From a virus, in IMG/VR virus record IMGVR_UViG_3300034121_000527, positions 29,973-93,972 of that record: DNA of 64,000 nt. One strand, given 5' to 3'. Under the pieces are notes generated by a model. It did not search any database and was not told where the DNA came from. It was given only the letters and a program-made list of their open reading frames with translations. The position numbers and the translations under genes were made by a program. Below, piece after piece: positions 57,649 through 64,000 of this stretch (position 1 is its first letter; each line of letters opens with the position of its first letter).

Positions 57649-59157
57649 TTATTTGTTGTTTTCTAATTCTTTCACACGGGCAGTCAGTTCTTGTACTGCA
57701 CCAACAAGAACAGCAACTAATTTTGAGTAGTCAACTTGTTGTGGCTTGATGTTTCCTTCTTCGTCTATTGCATCTTTTTGTCCAGCAACAGCGTAAGGAA
57801 TCACTTCTGCAAGTTCATGTGCAAAAAAGCCATGTTCGGTTACTGTTGGATTTGAAATAAAATTATATGTTTTTGGTGCAAGCATTTCAATTATTTCTAG
57901 CGCATCAACAAGAGGTATAACATTTTCTTTCAGTCGATAGTCAGAAGTTGTGTTATATGTGACACCTGAACCATTATCATATATTGATCCAATAACAGTA
58001 CCTGAACGATGAAATGTTGCGTGATAAGTATTAGTAGGCCCATTAGTAGTCAGTGGAGTATTGGCAGTAGTAATCACTCCAGTTCTAACTATGCCATTAC
58101 TTGACAAAGTAGAGTAACTACCAAATGCTCCACCGCCAGCAATATCGAGTGAACCTGCCGCAAAACCACCAGAACCATCACGAGCAACAATTGCTGATGC
58201 CGTATTAGCTGATGTAGCAGTAGTGGCACTATTAGAAACTTTTCCTGTTGTTGAAATAGTTGCCAATTTTGTATCAACAATTCCAGCAGAAGCACTGATA
58301 TCAGCGTTAACAATTGTTGCATCAAGAATATTTGATGAGGTTATTGTTCCAGCTGCAATATCTGTTCCAGTAATGGTTGCATCAACAATGTTGGCTGAAG
58401 CAATAGTTATTGCTGTTGGTAAAGCACCAGTAGCTAACTTAGACAATGCAATAGCAGCTGAAGCGTTAATATCAGCATTTACAATTGTTCCATCAACAAT
58501 ATTGGCTGATGCTACAGTGATGGTAGTTGGCAAAGCACCAGTTCCTAATTTAGTCAATGCAATAGCAGCTGAAGCGTTAATTTCAGCATTAAGAATTGTG
58601 CCATCAGCAATTTTAATTGCAGTAATTGCACCATCGGCAATCTTAGCTGTAGTAACATTACTATCGGCAATTTTAGCGGTAGTAACATTAATATCAGCAA
58701 TCTTACTAGTCGTTACTGCACTAGTTGCAATAGATGCTTCAACTACTTGGCCCCACTTAACTCCGTAGTTTGTATCAGTAGAGTCAGCAACTAGCACAAA
58801 ATTGTTTGTGCCAGAAACTGGTAGTGCAACAGGAGAACTAGCACCTCCACCGACTACTACTTGACCTTTTGCACCTACAATAGCTCGCGCCATCATTATA
58901 GCTGTGTCAACATCTAGGGTAACAACGCCCCCAGTAGAAGTTGCTCCAGCAACAGTATTTAATTTAAGACCAGTACCAGCTGTAATTTGAGTAATAGTAC
59001 CTGAACCCCAGTATGGAAGAGCACTCCATGTGGTTGTACCATCGCCAACTTTGTACTGTTTAGTGGTAGTATTAACGCCTACTTCACCAGCATCTAGTAC
59101 TAGAGAACCCGGCCAGTCAGCAGTAGCTCCACGCCTTAATTGAATTTTAACAGCCAT
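57649..59157 (-). CDS. Tail fibre/spike with Mtd-like N-terminus and S74 intramolecular chaperone
   Basis: IQLRRG...W...L..GE.G.......KVGDG.T.W..LPY; TTAKIAD repeats; TSDYRLKENV...GF.AHE...VDYSKL. Confidence 0.88.
   Translation of the reverse strand: MAVKIQLRRGATADWPGSLVLDAGEVGVNTTTKQYKVGDGTTTWSALPYWGSGTITQITAGTGLKLNTVAGATSTGGVVTLDVDTAIMMARAIVGAKGQVVVGGGASSPVALPVSGTNNFVLVADSTDTNYGVKWGQVVEASIATSAVTTSKIADINVTTAKIADSNVTTAKIADGAITAIKIADGTILNAEINASAAIALTKLGTGALPTTITVASANIVDGTIVNADINASAAIALSKLATGALPTAITIASANIVDATITGTDIAAGTITSSNILDATIVNADISASAGIVDTKLATISTTGKVSNSATTATSANTASAIVARDGSGGFAAGSLDIAGGGAFGSYSTLSSNGIVRTGVITTANTPLTTNGPTNTYHATFHRSGTVIGSIYDNGSGVTYNTTSDYRLKENVIPLVDALEIIEMLAPKTYNFISNPTVTEHGFFAHELAEVIPYAVAGQKDAIDEEGNIKPQQVDYSKLVAVLVGAVQELTARVKELENNK
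58381..58720. repeat. Degenerate coding tandem repeats (~40-aa duplication and 10-aa VTTAKIAD units)
   Basis: NA.INASAAIAL.KL.TGALPT.IT.ASANIVD x2; VTT.KIAD x3-4. Confidence 0.8.
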
Positions 59158-59171
59158 TTAGTGGCTCCTTA

Positions 59172-59972
59172 TCAGCCGAACATCTTCTTCCATGTTACAG
59201 GACCAACAGAGCCATCCGCAGTTAGTCCATGAGCTTTCTGCCACGCCTTAAGTGAAGCAACAGACTTGGGGCCGAAATCGCCATCTGCTTTTGCTCCAAT
59301 GACTGCCTGAACAAGAGCAGCACTTGGTCCCTTAGAACCAAGGGCAATAGGGGTACCTGGATAACTAAACTTCAAACCCCCACCAGCAGGTGCTGCTGCA
59401 GGTGCCGCTGGGGAGGCCTGTGCTGAAGCATCAGGAGAAGCATCACCAAGACAATACTGCCAGTGCCAAGCCTCAAACTCTTTGGATGCCCTGTTGTCTC
59501 CTTGAAGGTAAAAACCATACTTGGGGGCGTTAGCGCACATCCAATCAAAACAAGCCCCACCCATTGAGGTAAGTTTGCCATTGACATCATACCCAAGGTC
59601 AATTGCAAGACCCCAGCCATGATTAGAACCTTTAAGACCAGTTGGGTCTGGGGCAGCTGACGGGGCTTTGCCCTTCTTCAACCACCAGGTCTTACCGTCA
59701 TATTGACGGGTAACGCCAGTCCCAGTGTCAGTTGTTACATAACGATCCATAAACATGAATAACTGACCTTGAAATGAACGGTAGTCACCAATGTTTTTAA
59801 GTTTGAAACCAGCGACAAGGGCAGCATCATACATCTTGTTAAATTGTGCAGCAGCAACATAGTACATCTTGCCTCCAGATTTAACTGGCACTAATAAGGA
59901 TTCGGGTAATTGACCATTCTTATGCTTAGTAAGTGCCGTTGGTACAACTAACTTAATAAAAGGAAGGTTCAT
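59172..59972 (-). CDS. Endolysin: M15 (VanY-like) peptidase + PG-binding domain
   Basis: YRS..Q, SNHGWGLAID, EAWHW; DGDFGP......WQ..HGL.ADG.VGP.TW. Confidence 0.92.
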   Translation of the reverse strand: MNLPFIKLVVPTALTKHKNGQLPESLLVPVKSGGKMYYVAAAQFNKMYDAALVAGFKLKNIGDYRSFQGQLFMFMDRYVTTDTGTGVTRQYDGKTWWLKKGKAPSAAPDPTGLKGSNHGWGLAIDLGYDVNGKLTSMGGACFDWMCANAPKYGFYLQGDNRASKEFEAWHWQYCLGDASPDASAQASPAAPAAAPAGGGLKFSYPGTPIALGSKGPSAALVQAVIGAKADGDFGPKSVASLKAWQKAHGLTADGSVGPVTWKKMFG

Positions 59973-60160
59973 TTGTTACCCTTACCAAATGCGGTATCGT
60001 TGGGGTTAAGAAAACGGATAGCCACAGGCAAAGCCGCAGCCCAGAGGGCATTTAACGTCAACTTCCAGTCTTGTGTAGCTGTGTAGGTAGCCAAAGCGGC
60101 TCCCAGTACACTTCTAGCATAAGATGCTAATATAGCTTTATTTTGTTGTGAAAGATTCAT
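59969..60160 (-). CDS. Holin
   Basis: ASY.RS..GA.LA.Y......L.AA.LPV.IR.LNPND.AFG; ATGA overlap with endolysin. Confidence 0.8.
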   Translation of the reverse strand: MNLSQQNKAILASYARSVLGAALATYTATQDWKLTLNALWAAALPVAIRFLNPNDTAFGKGNK

Positions 60161-60168
60161 TCTGATGA

Positions 60169-60318
60169 TCATTCTTCTTCCTGAAAACCAGGGGTTACTG
60201 AAGTTTTCTGTATAGCATCAATTGTAGCCTCTAGGACAGCTATACGCTGGGCCTGTTGTGAAATCTGATTTACCAGTGATTCAACAATCTTGTTAACATC
60301 TAGTTGTACATTTGACAT
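60169..60318 (-). CDS. 49-aa coiled-coil protein (not in ORF track)
   Basis: MSNVQLDVNKIVESLVNQISQQAQRIAVLEATID...; SD AGGAG. Confidence 0.6.
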   Translation of the reverse strand: MSNVQLDVNKIVESLVNQISQQAQRIAVLEATIDAIQKTSVTPGFQEEE

Positions 60319-60444
60319 TTTGTTTCTCCTGTGCTAGGTAGGTTTGGTAGTTTCTTGTTGCTAGCTTATCACATGCACCTCGTGGTTTACGCAACCAAAA
60401 GAACAAATCAAGGTTAAAAAGCATTTTGAGTGCGTTACGAGCCA

Positions 60445-60645
60445 TTAGTTACCTTCCAATATTTCTTGTTCTTCAATTATCGGCGCTTGCCATACACCAT
60501 CAACGAGCATCCATCCCGTGTTGAGCGGGTTCTCTGGTGTTACTTCAATCAAGGTACAGCGTAGTGCCGCTTCTGTCGCCTCTTTGTCATCTGCAACAAT
60601 TATGTTTGACACATAGTTGCCGTTTATCATTGCATAAATTGCCAT
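60445..60645 (-). CDS. Small tail-fibre accessory protein
   Basis: YA.I....V.NIIVAD......GW....G.W.AP pattern; follows the Gly-rich genes. Confidence 0.6.
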   Translation of the reverse strand: MAIYAMINGNYVSNIIVADDKEATEAALRCTLIEVTPENPLNTGWMLVDGVWQAPIIEEQEILEGN

Positions 60646-60654
60646 AAATACTCC

Positions 60655-62220
60655 TTAATAGAAAAGATATATAACACCGTTGCCTCCAGTACCACCAGTG
60701 CCGTAATTCATTCCAGCACCTCCCCCACCCCCGCCGTTTCCGCCATTTCCACCGTTCACGGTTGATGCGTTAGAACCAGCACTAATATACCCTCCGCCCC
60801 CGCCACCTGCACCAACAAGAATGCCTGTGCCACTTGTTCCCGTTCCGCCAGCAAATCTGTCTCCAGCACCACCAGACGCACCAGTGACTGTGTTTAACCC
60901 CGTAACACTTGCAGCACCCCCGCCAATAAGACCCCGACCGCCACCATTGGCAGTTACTAAACCAGCAACAGAAGCGTTTGTATACCCTCCGCCCCCACCA
61001 GAGACACCAGCCCCTCCAGGTAACCCGCTCCCACCTCCACCCGCATAACCAATGCCACTCACTGACGAGGCTGGAGCACCATAGAAAGAAGCGCCACCTC
61101 CTGTTGGACCTTGAAAAGAAGAAGAGTTACCACCGCCAGCACCCCCAGCAATGGGAGCCAAGTCATCACCGCCACCGCTCCCGCCACCAGCAATGACCAT
61201 TCCGTAAAGTGTGTCACCACCTTTGAAACCCTGTCCGTTTGAATTGTTATAATTAAAAGCTGTGCTGTCTGTCGTGAAAGCCATTTCCATTTGACCGCCC
61301 GCACCACCATTACCAACAGTGCAAGTATTAGAAGCAAATGTCCAACCAGCAGAAAATCCACCGCCCCCACCACCACCATAACTTGCTACTGGTGAAAGGT
61401 GGAACTGTGAGTTGCCACCGCTAGTCCAAGCCGTTGCTTGGGCGAGAGTGCTAGCAACAGAATATTGCGTAGAACTTGCTCTGACCACAGTCAGTGCTGA
61501 TAAGTTAAACCCTGACGCAGTGTGACCAGTCATAGAAACTATTGAACCAACTTTATAATTGTTTGCGGCAGTATATGTGACCACCCCAGTAAATGTGATG
61601 GTTCCAGTTGCAGCGCCAGTAGTTGCGTTTGTAACAGTGAAACTTGTTCCAGGAGTGCTTGCGATAACAACATATGTTCCGTTGTATCCAGTGGGTGTTG
61701 AACCTGAAATTGTTACTGGCACACCAACTGGAACGGCGGTTGTGGTGCTGTATGTAACCTGACCAGCAACGGGAGAACCTGCTGTCACGGCAGTTATTGT
61801 TCCGCCCGCAACGGCACCAGTCGTTACTGTTCTTGCTGTAGCAGTAGCGGTTGTCAGGGTTGGCGTACCAGTAGTGGCGTTTGTGACCGTAAAATTAGTT
61901 GCGGAAGCCGTAGCAATAGCAGTGTCAGTAAGATTGTATCCAGCAATACTTGAACCCACAGTTGTCACCTGCATGCCTGCAACAAAATTGTTATCACAGG
62001 TGTATGTAACAGTTGTTCCATTACCTGAGATATTAGTTATGTTGCGAATGTTTAGAAGCGGTCCTGTTCCACCACCACCACCACCACCAATGCACACCGC
62101 ATAAACACGCTTGACACTGCTAGGAATTGTAACGCTTCCGCTTGCAGTAATTGTCTGTTGTAATTTCAATCCAAACGGTGTATCCGAAAATTGAGAATTT
62201 TGATAAATGTTTACGCCCAT
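60655..62220 (-). CDS. Gly-rich adhesin-like protein with three beta-sandwich repeats
   Basis: SG.VTIP..V..V....IGGGGGG; GG.GGNG.IY.FY terminus. Confidence 0.75.
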   Translation of the reverse strand: MGVNIYQNSQFSDTPFGLKLQQTITASGSVTIPSSVKRVYAVCIGGGGGGGTGPLLNIRNITNISGNGTTVTYTCDNNFVAGMQVTTVGSSIAGYNLTDTAIATASATNFTVTNATTGTPTLTTATATARTVTTGAVAGGTITAVTAGSPVAGQVTYSTTTAVPVGVPVTISGSTPTGYNGTYVVIASTPGTSFTVTNATTGAATGTITFTGVVTYTAANNYKVGSIVSMTGHTASGFNLSALTVVRASSTQYSVASTLAQATAWTSGGNSQFHLSPVASYGGGGGGGFSAGWTFASNTCTVGNGGAGGQMEMAFTTDSTAFNYNNSNGQGFKGGDTLYGMVIAGGGSGGGDDLAPIAGGAGGGNSSSFQGPTGGGASFYGAPASSVSGIGYAGGGGSGLPGGAGVSGGGGGYTNASVAGLVTANGGGRGLIGGGAASVTGLNTVTGASGGAGDRFAGGTGTSGTGILVGAGGGGGGYISAGSNASTVNGGNGGNGGGGGGAGMNYGTGGTGGNGVIYLFY

Positions 62221-62229
62221 AACTTCTCC

Positions 62230-63090
62230 TTAATAGAAAATGTAAAGAATCCCGTTACCGCCTGCGGCACCTGCGGCACCCCCACCACCACCGAGGCCCC
62301 CAGCACCACCAGAACCCGTTGTTGCATTACTACCGTTTGCTGCAATTCCCGCGCCACCACCACCATTGACATTTCCCGTATGACTGACTCCCGTCCCACC
62401 TGTGTAGATAGTTCCGTTAATACCAATGGCATTCCCACCAGCACCAGATGTACGAGTTCCTGAAGGTGATTCGCCACTACCACCCGCACCACCAATAATC
62501 CCCGACCCGCCATTGCCTCCAGACTCTCCAACAGACTGAGAACGAGAGCCACCACCACCAGAAATGCCGTCAGCACCATTTCTGTAACCCAACCGACCTC
62601 TGCCACCACCAGCGCCACTTCCAGTCCGTGCTAAAACTGGCGGCGAAAGCGTGGCACCAGCGCCACCTGCAAACCCATAGTAATTGGTACTGCCAGAATT
62701 ACCATTAGTATCATTGCCTCTACCAGCACCCCCAAGCACACCAGAGTTTCCGCCACCAGCAATAATATGCCCATAGCGGCTATATCCTCCTGGGTCACTT
62801 GCACCAGCGCCAATGATGCAACTTGATTGTGCCAATGTCCAACCCCACGAAACACCACCAGCACCACCACCACCACCGAATGCGCCCTGAGAACCAGCGC
62901 CAGTGATAATCACATACACCCAAGTTATACCACTAGGAATTGTTACCGCACCTGATGAAGTAATTGTTTGTCGCAAGCGAAGTCCATGTGGTGCAAAAAA
63001 AGATGTGTCTGCAATCGGAGTATAATCAAGACCCTGCATCCCAGTAGAAACTTCACTTCCTACCTGTCCTCTGCGGTTTGGGTTAGCCAT
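62230..63090 (-). CDS. Gly-rich adhesin-like protein (paralog of 60655-62220)
   Basis: Same N- and C-terminal motifs, without the repeats. Confidence 0.75.
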   Translation of the reverse strand: MANPNRRGQVGSEVSTGMQGLDYTPIADTSFFAPHGLRLRQTITSSGAVTIPSGITWVYVIITGAGSQGAFGGGGGAGGVSWGWTLAQSSCIIGAGASDPGGYSRYGHIIAGGGNSGVLGGAGRGNDTNGNSGSTNYYGFAGGAGATLSPPVLARTGSGAGGGRGRLGYRNGADGISGGGGSRSQSVGESGGNGGSGIIGGAGGSGESPSGTRTSGAGGNAIGINGTIYTGGTGVSHTGNVNGGGGAGIAANGSNATTGSGGAGGLGGGGGAAGAAGGNGILYIFY

Positions 63091-63452
63091 TAGGAAATCC
63101 TATTGATGTAACCAGAAATAGTAATAACTGATGCCGTTGCAGCGAAAGCATAAACTGTGTTCGCTGCTGCACCTGTGCCAGTCAACGGTAGACCAGCAAC
63201 AATCAAAACATCACCAGATTGCGGAGAAAGAGTAATTGGTTTGGCGTGCTGTACCGCACCTGTTCCACCAAATTGCACCGTGAGCAACACTGGCGATGTT
63301 GAAGTATTATTTGCATACAACCACACCTCGTCAATAATTGAAGACGAAGTTCCTGTTGCGTGAATGGTTGTGCCAGTTGAAGCAGTTTGAACTACTGTGA
63401 TGGGTTGTCCTTGTGTTGAACCACTTAGTAAAACTTTGCTAAATGTTGCCAT
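63090..63452 (-). CDS. Small beta-rich tail-associated protein
   Basis: DEVWLYA.N...GYINRI; in fibre cluster. Confidence 0.65.
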   Translation of the reverse strand: MATFSKVLLSGSTQGQPITVVQTASTGTTIHATGTSSSIIDEVWLYANNTSTSPVLLTVQFGGTGAVQHAKPITLSPQSGDVLIVAGLPLTGTGAAANTVYAFAATASVITISGYINRIS

Positions 63453-63461
63453 TGTTACTCC

Positions 63462-64000
63462 TTAACCGAATACTTGATTTGCTATAATGTTTTGGTCGTT
63501 TTCAAAACTACCACCAGCATTGGCAATCACAAACGCAGTCGTAGCAACCTTGGTTGAATTATCGCCAACAGTCTGAGTTGTAGCGGTTGTAGTTGATGCT
63601 AACGCACCATTATAGGATGTTGCAGTAATAGTCCCATTTACTTGAAGGGCTGTTGAAGGTGAGGCAGTACCTATACCGACATTACCTGCGTTGGTAATAC
63701 GCATACGCTCGGCGGTTACGGACGCGCCAACGGAAGTAGTGAAAAAAGTTATACGACCAGGGACACTACCTGTTGCTACGGTACCATCAACCTGAGCAAT
63801 AATTCTTGCCGCAAGAGGGTCTAGTGTTGTTCCATCCGCACCAGCAAACATCAACTCCGCAATGCTGTCACCACTAACAAGTGCTGTTACTGCACCAGCA
63901 GCAGTGCCACGACTTTTACCCAGAACAAAACGCAGACCATTACTGTCGGCTCTGTTAAGAACAGAAGTAAATGCAGTTAACCCACCGCTTCCTTGTTCAT
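63462..64000 (-). CDS. Tail fibre protein, C-terminal part (5' end outside window)
   Basis: Frame open to the window edge; KSRGT, PGRI.F.T, ERMRI...GNVGIGT.SP, DNSTKVATTAFV. Confidence 0.8.
   Translation of the reverse strand, partial: EQGSGGLTAFTSVLNRADSNGLRFVLGKSRGTAAGAVTALVSGDSIAELMFAGADGTTLDPLAARIIAQVDGTVATGSVPGRITFFTTSVGASVTAERMRITNAGNVGIGTASPSTALQVNGTITATSYNGALASTTTATTQTVGDNSTKVATTAFVIANAGGSFENDQNIIANQVFG

Noticed and set aside
57649-64000. Diversity-generating retroelement or invertase shufflon acting on fibres
   Set aside because: No reverse transcriptase or recombinase, and no adenine-specific TR/VR pair noticed in this window
1-64000. Stop-codon reassignment, tRNA genes, integrase/prophage boundaries
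   Set aside because: Genes are full length and densely packed in code 11; intergenic gaps show no cloverleaf; no integrase or host genes seen

Overview
This window is a 64-kb slice of a large contractile-tailed (myovirus-type) dsDNA phage genome, probably lytic. The host is likely an actinomycete, based on WhiB, M15 peptidases, a secreted Thr-rich transglycosylase and TGn-extended -10 promoters; GC looks low for that phylum, which fits a freshwater lineage. Almost every gene is on the minus strand. Reading right to left: tail fibres and Gly-rich adhesins, holin and endolysin, an S74-chaperone fibre, terminase, metallophosphoesterase, portal, scaffold, N4-gp56-type major capsid, neck, sheath, tube, tail chaperone, tape measure and baseplate. 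A single plus-strand island follows (Dps plus three small basic proteins). Next is a full replication/recombination module: HTH initiator with internal palindromic iterons, DnaC-like loader, DnaB, primase, SNF2 helicase, SSB, PolA, RecA, a Cas4-like nuclease and resolvases. The left end holds SpoVS, an ~8-kb cluster of low-complexity proteins, a degenerate TGT-like gene, DUF1599, WhiB and a secreted lytic transglycosylase. The best leads are the Dps/basic-protein island, a G/N-rich amyloid-like motif shared by two unrelated proteins, other short motifs shared across the disordered-protein cluster, the TGT-like pseudoenzyme, the iteron origin, a non-canonical (+1/-2) tail-chaperone frameshift and phage SpoVS. 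No tRNA, CRISPR array, integrase or reverse transcriptase was seen. All product calls come from motif recognition by eye, not database searches.
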